From Propionibacterium sp. (GTDB lineage Bacteria > Actinomycetota > Actinomycetes > Propionibacteriales > Propionibacteriaceae): a stretch of DNA of 64,000 bases. Every line of letters begins with the position of its first letter. The first letter of the stretch is position 1. Where the stretch lies: positions 1,993 to 65,992 of the forward strand of contig JALHFX010000012.1 of the NCBI GenBank assembly GCA_022837595.1, given 5' to 3'. A program made the position numbers and the translations under genes. The notes beneath the pieces are model-generated. The model worked only from the letters and a program-made list of their open reading frames with translations. It was not told the DNA's origin and made no database searches. Of the stretch, positions 19,073-28,856 are shown in pieces.

Positions 19073-21270
19073 AGAAGATCGTCCAGCTGTTTCGTCATGA
19101 CTTGCAGCGGGCCACCCGCAATGTGATCTCGGTCATCGTTTTGTTCGGCGTCGCGATCATTCCCTCGTTTTTCGCCTGGTTCAATGTGATCGCCAGTTTG
19201 GACCCGTTCGGCAATGTGAAGAATTTGAAGGTCGCGGTTGCGAGCGCCGATGAGGGTTTCAAGAGTGATCTGTTTCCGTTGCCTGTGAATATCGGCGCAC
19301 AAGTGATCTCGACTCTGCGGGCGAATAGTGATCTGGACTGGATTTTCACCACACCGGATGATGCTGTCGAGGGGACGAAGTCCGAAGCGTATTACGCAGC
19401 AATCGTGCTGCCGAAGGACTTCAGCCGCGAGATGATGACCTTCCTCGCCCCTGGCGCGAAACCGGTCGAGATCGATTACTACACCAATGAGAAGGCGAAC
19501 GCGCTATCCCCGAAGATCACCGGGGAAGCCGCCAGCGAGGTCTCCACGCAGATTAACCAGAGCTTCACCAAGACACTGAGTGAAGTCGGATTGAGTTTGA
19601 TCTCCTCGCTCGCGACTCACTTGGATGAGGCGGATTCCGAGGCCGCGTTGGTGCGGATCGAATCCAGCATCAACCAGGTGGCGACTCAGCTCCGTGCAGG
19701 AGCGAACACCGCCGACATGTTTGCCACCCTGGTGGGCTCCACAGAGCCAATCGTGACCAGCACGTCCTCACTGATCAATTCCGCGCGTGATGCAGTTCAC
19801 GACACTGCCGGCGCGATCAATGGGGGCGCTGCTGCCGCGCAGAACCTGAAGTCCACCTTGGACTCGGCCACGGCATCGCTTGCGGCCGCATTCTCCTCGA
19901 GCGCCGGCAGCTACCGAGAACTGGCCGACCGGGTCGACGATTTGTACGACTCGTTGGGCAACCAGGTGGATTCGGCGTCATCGGTTCTCGACGGTCTCGT
20001 CGGAGAAGTCGATACTCATATCCGTTATTACAAGCAACTGCGTGCGGGTCTCGAAGACGCGCTGGAAGAAGCAGAAGGTATCTCTGATCCGATTCTGCGC
20101 CAGGCAGTGATGGACGGGTTGAAGACGGTCATCGCCAGCGTCGACACCGTCATCGAGCGTCAGGAGGCGCTCCGGGATCGCCTTGAGCGGGCGTCATCGG
20201 TTCTCTCGGAGGCTGCCAGCGATAGCCAGGCCGTCCGAGATGAGATCATCGCGCTGGTCAATGCTGCCAGAGACGCGATTGAGAGTGCGGAGACCAGCTA
20301 TAACACCAGCCTGCGGCCGAAGCTCGACCAGCTTGCGGCCACGCTGTCGTCAGTCCACGGCAGCATCACGCTGATCGGCAATGATCTTTCCACCGTCGCG
20401 TCATCGCTGGTTGATGGTTCCGGATCACTGATCGGGGCGCTCGATCACGCACAACAGACGGTGAGTGAAGTCGCCAGGGCCCTTGAGCAAACTGCCACCC
20501 ACTTCGATGAGCTCGCTACCGCGTTGCAGAAGGCGACCGAGTCAGGCGATCTGGGTGCGTTGACCCAGATCATCGGTTCGAATCCCGATATTCTTGCCGG
20601 GGAATTGACGGCTCCGGTCGGGCTCAAGACGATACCGGTTTTCGAGGTCGACAGCTTCGGCGCGCAGATGGCCCCGTTCTACTCGGTGCTCGGGCTATGG
20701 GTTGGGGCGCTGCTACTGTCGGTTCTGATCCGCGTTGACGGGATCAAAGAGCCTCATCCGCTGAACCGGGCTCAGGAATACCTCGGACGTTATGGAATCT
20801 TCTTCCTGCTCGGCTTCTTGCAGAGCTCGCTGGTTTATCTCGGGTTGATCGGATTCGTCGGGATACGTCCGGTGCATCCCTTCTTGCTCATCCTTGCCGG
20901 TTGGTTGATGTCATTCGTGTTCACGATGATCACGTACACCATGGTCGTCTCGTTCGGTGAGGCCGGCAAGGCGATTTCGGTCTTCTTGCTCGTGGTGCAG
21001 ATCTCGGGCGGCGGCGGAGCCTATCCCCTAGCGGTACTGCCGCAGTGGTTCCAGAATATGAGCCCATTCCTGCCCGTGACACATGCCACGAACGCGGTGC
21101 GGGCAGCGATCGCAGGCATTTACGAGGGCGATTACTGGCGTTCTCTCACGTTCTTGGCGTTGTTCTTGGTGCCGACGTTGTTGCTCGGTCTGGTCTTGCG
21201 GCTGCCGTTCGTCAAGCTCAACGAAAAGATGGCCGAGGGGCTCGGTTCGACGAAGCTGTTCTTGCTCTGA
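19069..21270 (+). CDS. YhgE/Pip domain-containing membrane protein (second paralogue)
   Basis: PSFFAWFNVIASLDPF, YYTNEKANALSPKIT, FGAQMAPFYSVLGLWVG, GGGAYP...PFLPVTHA. ATGA overlap with the first paralogue. Confidence 0.9.
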   Translation: MKKIVQLFRHDLQRATRNVISVIVLFGVAIIPSFFAWFNVIASLDPFGNVKNLKVAVASADEGFKSDLFPLPVNIGAQVISTLRANSDLDWIFTTPDDAVEGTKSEAYYAAIVLPKDFSREMMTFLAPGAKPVEIDYYTNEKANALSPKITGEAASEVSTQINQSFTKTLSEVGLSLISSLATHLDEADSEAALVRIESSINQVATQLRAGANTADMFATLVGSTEPIVTSTSSLINSARDAVHDTAGAINGGAAAAQNLKSTLDSATASLAAAFSSSAGSYRELADRVDDLYDSLGNQVDSASSVLDGLVGEVDTHIRYYKQLRAGLEDALEEAEGISDPILRQAVMDGLKTVIASVDTVIERQEALRDRLERASSVLSEAASDSQAVRDEIIALVNAARDAIESAETSYNTSLRPKLDQLAATLSSVHGSITLIGNDLSTVASSLVDGSGSLIGALDHAQQTVSEVARALEQTATHFDELATALQKATESGDLGALTQIIGSNPDILAGELTAPVGLKTIPVFEVDSFGAQMAPFYSVLGLWVGALLLSVLIRVDGIKEPHPLNRAQEYLGRYGIFFLLGFLQSSLVYLGLIGFVGIRPVHPFLLILAGWLMSFVFTMITYTMVVSFGEAGKAISVFLLVVQISGGGGAYPLAVLPQWFQNMSPFLPVTHATNAVRAAIAGIYEGDYWRSLTFLALFLVPTLLLGLVLRLPFVKLNEKMAEGLGSTKLFLL

Positions 21271-21280
21271 CCCGTGCTGG

Positions 21281-21304
21281 GACCCCAGCTTGCTGGGAGG
21301 GGTC
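21281..21304 (+). terminator. Hairpin after the Pip pair
   Basis: GAC CCCAGC TT GCTGGG AGG GGTC, followed by TT, starting about 10 nt after the stop codon. Confidence 0.35.
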
Positions 21305-21371
21305 TTGCAATCTAGGTGATCGTGCTGCTCCCTCGGCTATGTTGTCGGATGCGTGATCCGAGAGAGGGAGA

Positions 21372-21620
21372 GTGGCGATGGGAAAGATCCAGCATCTGTT
21401 GACCGGGGATGACCGCGACCCGCGTATCGAGCTTGGCGAGATCTTCGGGGTGAGTGTTCCGACGCACGGCGGCGTGCAGCCGGAGGCGCTCGCCTGGGCT
21501 CGGACGATCGTGGACCCGGCCAGCGTGAGCATGGTCGAGGCGATCCGGCAGCTCCGCCAGGCGCAGCCGAAGCTCGGACTCAAGTCCGCGACCTATCTCG
21601 CTAATCGTCTCTACGCGTAG
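21372..21620 (+). CDS. Small hypothetical protein (82 aa)
   Basis: GAGGGAG SD, TATGTT -10 upstream, strong GC3 codon bias, and protein-like composition. Confidence 0.65.
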   Translation: MAMGKIQHLLTGDDRDPRIELGEIFGVSVPTHGGVQPEALAWARTIVDPASVSMVEAIRQLRQAQPKLGLKSATYLANRLYA

Positions 21621-21743
21621 GTCGGTAATGGCGTCGCGGCGATTCGAAGACCAATTGAGCGTCGTATTGCGCTGATGTGAATCACGTGCCAGGACCAGAT
21701 CTTCGCATTGATCAGATACTCCGGCTCCGAGCGTCTCCCCTTG

Positions 21744-21817
<74 letters not shown>

Positions 21818-21974
21818 CTGGGCCAGATGATCGAGAACCATGACTGACCCGGGAAGAAACACTACCCGAATTTGCCTACGAGCGCGAACTCTCGCGCGTC
21901 AGTAGTCATCAAAGCCAGTACGCGCGCAGACACACATCCTTGCATGACCTACTAGGCGGTATTACAATGTAGGC

Positions 21975-22307
21975 ATGGAAGACATCCCGACACAGCTCCG
22001 CAAGGGAGCGCTTGAGCTGGCTGTGCTGGCTTTGCTCGCTCAAGAGCCGCGATATGGAGTCGAGATCGTCGACGAGCTTGCTCGCCGTCCCGGCTTGGAG
22101 ACCAGTGCCGGAACTATCTATCCCCTGCTCACGCGACTGAAGAACTCTGGGCTGGTCACCACGACCTGGCGAGAGTCGCCTGTCGGCCCGCCCCGCAAGT
22201 ACTACACGCTCAGCGCCTCCGGGGTCTGGCACTTCAAGACCCAGCGTGACGCCTGGCTTCGCCTGTCGACCGCGTTGATCACTCTGTTCAAGGAGATCCA
22301 ATCATGA
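21975..22307 (+). CDS. PadR family transcriptional regulator
   Basis: QLRKGALELAVL, YGVEI, GTIYPLLTRL, GPPRKYYTL. TACAAT-N6-ATG leaderless layout. Confidence 0.93.
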   Translation: MEDIPTQLRKGALELAVLALLAQEPRYGVEIVDELARRPGLETSAGTIYPLLTRLKNSGLVTTTWRESPVGPPRKYYTLSASGVWHFKTQRDAWLRLSTALITLFKEIQS

Positions 22308-23119
22308 ACGACTCCCCCATCGACGACTACGTCAATCAGGTCGATAAGCATCTGAAGCTGCGTGGGAAGGCCCGCAAGCAAGCTCTCGACGACCTGCGCG
22401 ATGCCCTGAACGAGGCCGTGCAAGCCATCGACGAAGCGATCGCGTTGACTGGATCCCCGCAGGACTATGCGGCCGCTCTGGACGAACAGTTTGCCACCGA
22501 TCGGCCCCGTTTCAAGACGATCTTGGGTATGCCCAATTCCTTCACACGAGGTATCGGGCAACGAATCGCAGGCACCTTCGATCCGTCCAATCCCGCTTTG
22601 ATCATCCCCCGAGTATTCGGATTGGGTTGGACGATCAATACCGGAGCCGTCGCTGTTCGGCTGGGCCTATTGAACCCCGACGACGTCGACGACGAGATTC
22701 TCGCAGATGCAGGCGAACACCTCGCCGGCTCCCAGCTGGCAGCAGCGATCCCGATCATCGCAGCAGCCCTCGCGACAGCCCAGTTCGGACGCCGCCGCCG
22801 TGAAACCGAACAGGTCACCGGAAAGAGCCAAAAGGCCAATCTGATCGCTGCGGTCGGACTCACGGCCGCGTGCGCGGTCTTGCTTGCCGCGTCCGCTGAC
22901 CGCGAGATCCCAGCAGCTCAGCGGGTCGCGATGCCTTCGGCCGCGGCGGCTCTCGGCACGGTTGTGGCCGGTGCCAGCCTCCAGAGCGCTGTAGATCCGA
23001 AGGGACATACCTTCGTGTTTCCCGCTATAGCACTCATGCTGCCGGTGAACCTTCTGCTCAGCTATCTGCCGATCCGAGCGGCGCTGAATCGTAGCCGCCC
23101 GTCCGCAGGTAAGAGCTGA
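22304..23119 (+). CDS. Membrane protein with N-terminal HAAS-like helical domain and DUF5808-like motif
   Basis: IDDYVNQVDKHL...LDDLRDAL...GSPQDYAAAL N-terminus, NPALIIPRVFGLGWTIN, and about 4 TM helices. ATGA overlap with padR. Confidence 0.68.
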   Translation: MNDSPIDDYVNQVDKHLKLRGKARKQALDDLRDALNEAVQAIDEAIALTGSPQDYAAALDEQFATDRPRFKTILGMPNSFTRGIGQRIAGTFDPSNPALIIPRVFGLGWTINTGAVAVRLGLLNPDDVDDEILADAGEHLAGSQLAAAIPIIAAALATAQFGRRRRETEQVTGKSQKANLIAAVGLTAACAVLLAASADREIPAAQRVAMPSAAAALGTVVAGASLQSAVDPKGHTFVFPAIALMLPVNLLLSYLPIRAALNRSRPSAGKS

Positions 23120-23140
23120 GCACGACGAAGGCCTACGACA

Positions 23141-23974
23141 TTACCGTGGGGCGCTGAAATCGATCTGGTTCAGCGTCCAATCACGGGTGATACCCAACTC
23201 GGAGATGACGGTGTCATAGACCGGCTTATCGCCGCTCGTATTGATCTCCAGAGTTCCGACCGCACTGTGCTGGCCATGGTAAAGCAGACCGGCATCACTC
23301 AGTTGGACGCGGACAGCACGCGCCTGGGATTGCGCCGGATTGAGGAAGGCGACGTGCGGAGCTTTGCTCTTGAAGATCCCCTCCACAATCGGGTAGTGCG
23401 TGCAGCCGAGCACGATATCCTTCACATCCGGGTGAGCGCTCATGAGATTGGTAACGTGCTTGCCAACTTCGGCGTCGATTGCCGGGCTGTGCAGATCGCC
23501 CTGTTCGATAAGGGCGGCGAGCTTCTCACTCGGTTCCCCGAAGACCTCGATCTTAGGATCGAGTTCATTGATGAGTTTGCCATAGCACCCGGACGCAATA
23601 GTGAACGCTGTAGCGATGACACCGACACGGGTGTACCTGAGCGACACGATGTCCTCGGCGGCGGCCCGGACGATTGACAGCACGGGGAACCCGTACTCAT
23701 CTTGATAGCCCGCTAACCCTGGTGTGTCGAATGTCGAAGAGATCGTGTTACATGCAACCGCAACCATCTTCACATCGCGTTCGGCCAGGTAGGCCAGCAT
23801 CTTCTTGGTCAGCTCAACGATCTCCTCGCCCGAACGATTGCCGTAAGGCGCATTGTGATTGTCGCCGCAGTAGATAATGCTTTCCCCCGGCAGAAGAGTT
23901 GATAGTTGAGCAAGAGTAGTCAGTCCACCGACTCCTGAATCGATTACCCCGATCGGGGATTTCTGATCAGCCAT
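23141..23974 (-). CDS. murI: Glutamate racemase
   Basis: IGVIDSGVGGLT, VACNTIS, VLGCTHYP. GGGAGG SD before ATG 23974. Confidence 0.93.
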   Translation of the reverse strand: MADQKSPIGVIDSGVGGLTTLAQLSTLLPGESIIYCGDNHNAPYGNRSGEEIVELTKKMLAYLAERDVKMVAVACNTISSTFDTPGLAGYQDEYGFPVLSIVRAAAEDIVSLRYTRVGVIATAFTIASGCYGKLINELDPKIEVFGEPSEKLAALIEQGDLHSPAIDAEVGKHVTNLMSAHPDVKDIVLGCTHYPIVEGIFKSKAPHVAFLNPAQSQARAVRVQLSDAGLLYHGQHSAVGTLEINTSGDKPVYDTVISELGITRDWTLNQIDFSAPR

Positions 23975-24053
23975 TGAAGCCTCCCGCATCCTGTAGCACG
24001 CGACGTGATTTAGGGACAAGATTACGATACGGCTGTATGTCTAGCGACCAGCG

Positions 24054-25403
24054 TCAGCGATCCTTACGCTTGGCTCTCGCCCTGATCTGGATATGGACAG
24101 GGCTGCCCTCGAATCCGAAGTCCTCGCGTAGACGCCGTTCGATGAAGCGCACATAGGGCGGGTCCAGCTGGCCCGAGGTAAACAGGGCGAACGTGGGCGG
24201 CGCTGTATGGGCCTGGGTCCCGAACAGGATCCGCGGCTGCTTCCCACCGCGCACAGGATGCGGGTGAGCGGCAACCACGCGTCCGAGGAACGAATTCAGC
24301 TGCCCAGTGGTGACTCGAGTCTCCCACCCCTTCAGTGCCAGCTGAATAGCCTTCGACAGCTTGTCAACATTTCGGCCTGTGAGCGCGGAAATATTCACCG
24401 ACGGAGCCCAATCCCACGCATTCAGATCGCGCTCGATTTCACGATTGAGATAACGTCGGCGTTCTTCGTCGGTCAGATCCCATTTATTGAAGGCGATCAC
24501 CATCGCCTTGCCCGCCTGCTCGACCTGCGACAAGATCTTGAGATCCTGCTCGGAAACCGGTTCGGAAGCATCGATCACCACGACACAGCATTCAGCGCGC
24601 TCAATCGCGGCCTGGGTGCGCAGCCAGGCATAGTATTCACTACCGCTGGCCTCTTTCACTCTCTTGCGGATGCCCGCGGTGTCGATCAGCCGGAAGTCCT
24701 GGCCGCCAATCCGGACGAATTCGTCCACCGGGTCAACCGTGGTGCCCGAGATATCCGAGACCACCGAACGGGTTGCGCCCGCCACCTTGTTCAGTAGCGA
24801 TGATTTACCGACATTCGGCTTACCGACGATCGCGACACGGCGCGGTCCGCCGATATCGGCCGGACGCAACGCATCGCTGTCAGGCAGCAACGCGACCATC
24901 GCGTCGAGCATGTCTCCGGTGCCGCGTCCATGCAGCGCCGAGACCGGCCAGGGCTCCCCCAGCCCGAGGTTCCACATGCTGGCCGTATCGGATTCGCCGC
25001 GCTGATCGTCCACCTTATTGGCAGCCAGCACAACCGGCTTGCGGCTACGCCGTAACACCTGGACGACAGCTTCGTCCTCATCGGTCGTGCCGACGGTGGC
25101 ATCCGCGACGAAGATCACGGCATCGGCCAGCTGAATGGCGATCTCGGCTTGTTCGGCGATCTGTGCGGCCATGCCCTTGGCATCCGAGGCCCAGCCGCCG
25201 GTGTCGACGAGCACGAACTCCCGCCCGGCCCACTCGGCGTCGTAGCTCACTCGGTCGCGGGTGACCCCTGGAGTGTCCTGGACGACCGCCTCTCTTCTAC
25301 CGAGGATGCGGTTCACGAGCGTCGATTTGCCCACATTGGGTCGTCCGACCACGGCAACGATAGGGCGTTCGGCGGGCGGTTCGATTTCGGTGGGTTCACT
25401 CAC
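24054..25403 (-). CDS. der: Ribosome biogenesis GTPase Der (EngA)
   Basis: Two G-domains ([16 protein letters not shown] and [16 protein letters not shown]) plus a KH-like C-terminus. TAGCGT-N7-GTG 25403. Confidence 0.96.
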   Translation of the reverse strand: MSEPTEIEPPAERPIVAVVGRPNVGKSTLVNRILGRREAVVQDTPGVTRDRVSYDAEWAGREFVLVDTGGWASDAKGMAAQIAEQAEIAIQLADAVIFVADATVGTTDEDEAVVQVLRRSRKPVVLAANKVDDQRGESDTASMWNLGLGEPWPVSALHGRGTGDMLDAMVALLPDSDALRPADIGGPRRVAIVGKPNVGKSSLLNKVAGATRSVVSDISGTTVDPVDEFVRIGGQDFRLIDTAGIRKRVKEASGSEYYAWLRTQAAIERAECCVVVIDASEPVSEQDLKILSQVEQAGKAMVIAFNKWDLTDEERRRYLNREIERDLNAWDWAPSVNISALTGRNVDKLSKAIQLALKGWETRVTTGQLNSFLGRVVAAHPHPVRGGKQPRILFGTQAHTAPPTFALFTSGQLDPPYVRFIERRLREDFGFEGSPVHIQIRARAKRKDR

Positions 25404-25465
25404 CCGCTCAACGCTACCCGACCTGCTCGCATCGGGACCGACGCTGCCCGCACAACGCTGAACGC

Positions 25466-26152
25466 TCAAGCCGGTGTGCGCAACTCCTCTGGTACCAGTT
25501 CGATAACCTTCTCGACGACCTGTTCGAGGGTGAGCTCGCTCGAATCGATCAGCACGACTCCGTTGGCCGCGGTCTCGAATTCGCTGGACTCCGCATCGGC
25601 AGCATCGCGTCCGATCACCTGTTCAGTGACGGTCTTCGTATCGGCTGCGCCGGCCAGTTCAGCTTCACGACGTGCGATTCGCCGCTGCGGATCAGCTTGC
25701 AGCAGGATCCGCAGGTCGGCGTCGGGTGCGACCACCGTGGTGATATCGCGCCCCTCGACGATGATGCGTCCGGCATTCGTGATGATCTCGCGCATCCGTG
25801 AATTGAGGAGGTTGCGCGCCGCCCGGATACGTGCGTAACCAGAGACCATGCCCGAAACCTCCGGTTGATGCAGCCGTTCGGTGATGTCGACGCCGTCAAG
25901 TCGTATCGCGAACTGCTTCGGTGAAGTAGTGATCTCCATCGGTAATTGCGCCGTAGCCGTGATCACTGCTTCCTCGTCGTCGGCCGGAATCCCGTGATCG
26001 GAGCACCAGACCGTCAGCGCACGATACATCGAGCCGGAGTCCAGATAACAGCAATCGAGTCGAGTGGCGACCTCGCGTGAAGTCGACGACTTGCCGGCTC
26101 CGCTGGGACCGTCTACCGCGATCACCAGCGCGGGGCGTTTGGCAGCGTTCAC
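25466..26152 (-). CDS. cmk: Cytidylate kinase
   Basis: [35 protein letters not shown]. Confidence 0.95.
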   Translation of the reverse strand: MNAAKRPALVIAVDGPSGAGKSSTSREVATRLDCCYLDSGSMYRALTVWCSDHGIPADDEEAVITATAQLPMEITTSPKQFAIRLDGVDITERLHQPEVSGMVSGYARIRAARNLLNSRMREIITNAGRIIVEGRDITTVVAPDADLRILLQADPQRRIARREAELAGAADTKTVTEQVIGRDAADAESSEFETAANGVVLIDSSELTLEQVVEKVIELVPEELRTPA

Positions 26153-26208
26153 AATGATTCTTCATCCTCTCCGGGGTAAGCCCGATGTCAACTCAGTCCA
26201 GCGGTGAA

Positions 26209-27276
26209 TCAGGAGCGCAGGCCCCAGCCTTGTTCGCGGATCAGCTGCCGCAGCGCGTCAGCGCGGTCTGGCGCCACCGCTATGGACAGATAACCTGCCG
26301 GACGTTCGGTGTCATGCTCGATCGACAGATCCTCGATGTTGACGCCGTTGGTCGTGATGCTGGCGAACAACTGCCCGAGTGCGCCGGGCGCGTCCGGGAT
26401 CTCAACAACCACCGAGACGACCTCGCCGGGACGTTTGCCCCGCTTTCCGGGCAACGCCCGGACACCCTCGTTGCCGCGGTTGAGCAGGTCGATCACGACT
26501 CGCGGATCGTCGATCGCGTCGATCAGATGATCCAGATCATCGCGCAATGCCACCAGTTGTTCGCGGATCAGCGTGGTATTCGCCGAGACGATCTGGCGCC
26601 ACATCGTGACATCGGATGCTGCAATACGGGTGACATCGCGCACCCCCTGACCCGCCAACCGCAGGTCTTCGGGTGGCACTTGGGCCAGTCTGGCCGCCGT
26701 CAGGCTGCTCATCAGCTGGGGAAAGTGGCTGACTTCAGCGACCGCTCGATCATGTTCACCAGGATCGAGTTCCCGGATCCGGGCCTGACAAGTACTGGCC
26801 AGCACTCGCACCCGCGCGACGGTCCACTGAGGATTCTCTGGACGCGCAGTGATCACCCAGGTGCGATCGACGAAGAGCTCCGAGGCTGCGGTCAACGGGC
26901 CGGATTGATGGGAGCCCGCCATCGGATGCCCGCCGACGTAGCGAGCCAGATTGATGCGCAGGGCTTGTAGATCGGAGGCGATTCGAGCTTTGACCGAGCC
27001 GACATCGGTAATCACCGCGCTCGGATATCTTTCCAGGCTCTCCGCGACGAGCTGAGGGATCACGGCCGGCGGGGTCGCGATGACGACGAGTTTCACCTCT
27101 GAAGGGTCGGGGTCTTCCAGGCGTCCAGCTCCGCGTCCGGCGGCGACGATCGCATGGGAGCGATCGCGGTCTTTCAGGTGGACAACCGCGCCCGCCTCGC
27201 TCAACGCACAGCCGATGGAAGCACCAACAAGCCCGGCGCCGATGATCAGCGTCGGCGAGATCTGATCGATACTCAC
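26209..27276 (-). CDS. tyrA: Prephenate dehydrogenase with C-terminal ACT domain
   Basis: IIGAGLVGASIG, ITDVGSVK, GGHPMAGS, HDRAVAEVSHFPQL, and ACT IPDAPGALGQLF. Start trimmed to GTG 27276. Confidence 0.9.
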   Translation of the reverse strand: MSIDQISPTLIIGAGLVGASIGCALSEAGAVVHLKDRDRSHAIVAAGRGAGRLEDPDPSEVKLVVIATPPAVIPQLVAESLERYPSAVITDVGSVKARIASDLQALRINLARYVGGHPMAGSHQSGPLTAASELFVDRTWVITARPENPQWTVARVRVLASTCQARIRELDPGEHDRAVAEVSHFPQLMSSLTAARLAQVPPEDLRLAGQGVRDVTRIAASDVTMWRQIVSANTTLIREQLVALRDDLDHLIDAIDDPRVVIDLLNRGNEGVRALPGKRGKRPGEVVSVVVEIPDAPGALGQLFASITTNGVNIEDLSIEHDTERPAGYLSIAVAPDRADALRQLIREQGWGLRS

Positions 27277-27277
27277 G

Positions 27278-27949
27278 TCAGTGGTTGCCCAACAGCTGGT
27301 TGAGTTCGACGGTACCGACCCTGCGGAAGGTGCGCACCTGCGTGCGGGTGCGATCCAGCACGGCCACTTCGAGGGCAACGCCATCGGAGAAGCCCGCCGA
27401 AGCCAGCTTGACAGCATCCCCCAGGTCGGCATCGGCCGCGAAGCTCTTGCCGATCGCTGCGTGTAGCGTCTCGGCAGCACCCCCGATCACGGTGAAACCG
27501 GGCTCATCGAAGATCGTGCCGTCGAAACCGATCCGAAAGATCTGATCCTGATCGGCGGTCTGCCCGAGTTCGGCAACGCTCAGCTCCACCTCGAAGGGCT
27601 TGTCGATTCCGGAGCTGAAGGCGGCACCGAGCTGTTGAGCATACTGATTGGCCAGGCCACGACCGGTGACGTCGCGACGATCGTAGGAATACCCGCGCAG
27701 ATCGGCATACTGGATGCCGGCAATGCGCAGATTCTCGAATTCGTTGTACCGGCCGACGGCGGCAAATCCGATCCGGTCGTAGATTTCGGAGACCTTGTGC
27801 AACGTGTGGCTGGGGTTTTCCGCGACGAACGCGATGCCGTCGCGATACCGCAGTACCACCACCGAGCGGCCCCTGGAGATCCCCTTACGGGCGAACTCGG
27901 CACGGTCTTTCATCTGCTGCTCGGGAGCAACATAGAACGGCAGGCTCAC
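27278..27949 (-). CDS. prcA: 20S proteasome alpha subunit
   Basis: [61 protein letters not shown]. Confidence 0.95.
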   Translation of the reverse strand: MSLPFYVAPEQQMKDRAEFARKGISRGRSVVVLRYRDGIAFVAENPSHTLHKVSEIYDRIGFAAVGRYNEFENLRIAGIQYADLRGYSYDRRDVTGRGLANQYAQQLGAAFSSGIDKPFEVELSVAELGQTADQDQIFRIGFDGTIFDEPGFTVIGGAAETLHAAIGKSFAADADLGDAVKLASAGFSDGVALEVAVLDRTRTQVRTFRRVGTVELNQLLGNH

Positions 27950-28713
27950 AGCATCTCCAGTACTCGGGTGGTGATGGCGGCGACCTGGTCGCTGGTGAGT
28001 TGACGCACTCCTTGGTGGCTGGCGCTCATCACCACCGGGAAGATCTTGCGAGCCAGATCTGGCCCGCCGGTGGCGGAGTCGTCGTCCGCCGCGTCATAAA
28101 GCGATCTGATCGCAGCAGCGATTGCCTCCTCTTCGCCAAGCTCTGGACGATGAGTCTTCTTCAACGAACCGCGCGCGAAAGCCGCACCTGACCCGATCGC
28201 GTGGAAACCGGTCTCTTCGTAACGTCCGCCGGTCGCGTCGTAGCTGAAGATGCGTCCCTGCTGACGCTGAAGGTCCCAGCCGGCCAGCATCGGGATGACG
28301 GCCAACCCGGCCATCGCTTGCGACAGATTGCTCCGCACCAGTGCACCCAGCCGGTTGGCCTTGCCGTCGAGGCTCAGGGGGAGGCCTTCGACTTTCTCGT
28401 AGTGTTGCAACTCAACCTGGAAGAGACGGACGAGCTCGATCGCGATGCCGGCCACGCCTGCGATGCCGATGATCGTGTACTCGTCGGCGGTGAAGACTTT
28501 TTCGATGTCGCGCTGTGCGATGATATTGCCCATCGTCGCACGCCGATCACCCGCCATCACTACGCCATTCGTGAATGCCGCCGCCACGATCGTGGTGCCG
28601 TGCGGCGCGAGCTCAGCACCGGTGTCGGTCGGCTTCGGTAACGATTCAGGAGCGACGCGCGCGGCGTAGTGTGAAAACGAACTGGTGAGTTCGACAGTCC
28701 CGGAGTTCTCCAT
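27946..28713 (-). CDS. prcB: 20S proteasome beta subunit (39-aa propeptide, Thr1 nucleophile)
   Basis: APHG|TTIVA...[10 protein letters not shown]...DIEKV. Mature Thr1, Asp17 and Lys33 are all present. Confidence 0.95.
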   Translation of the reverse strand: MENSGTVELTSSFSHYAARVAPESLPKPTDTGAELAPHGTTIVAAAFTNGVVMAGDRRATMGNIIAQRDIEKVFTADEYTIIGIAGVAGIAIELVRLFQVELQHYEKVEGLPLSLDGKANRLGALVRSNLSQAMAGLAVIPMLAGWDLQRQQGRIFSYDATGGRYEETGFHAIGSGAAFARGSLKKTHRPELGEEEAIAAAIRSLYDAADDDSATGGPDLARKIFPVVMSASHQGVRQLTSDQVAAITTRVLEML

Positions 28714-28722
28714 GATTGAGAA

Positions 28723-28728
28723 AGCCTA
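28723..28728 (-). promoter_or_regulatory. Candidate -10 element (TAGGCT) 9 nt upstream of the prcB ATG
   Basis: TANNNT hexamer close to the start codon, where the pup gene normally lies. Confidence 0.4.
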
Positions 28729-28856
28729 CCTGCTCGATCTGCTGCGCTGGTCAGAGCCCGAAAGCACCGGACAAAACTGGCCCGCGCGTCACGGCGGCGT
28801 GATCGCGGTAACGGGGTCGTCCCCGCTTACCATTAGATGGTCGCCCGGATCCCATT

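Noticed and set aside
28714-28856. Unannotated pup gene upstream of prcB
   Set aside because: Reading the minus strand shows no acidic ORF of about 60-70 aa ending in KGGE/KGGQ, and 143 bp is too short for one.
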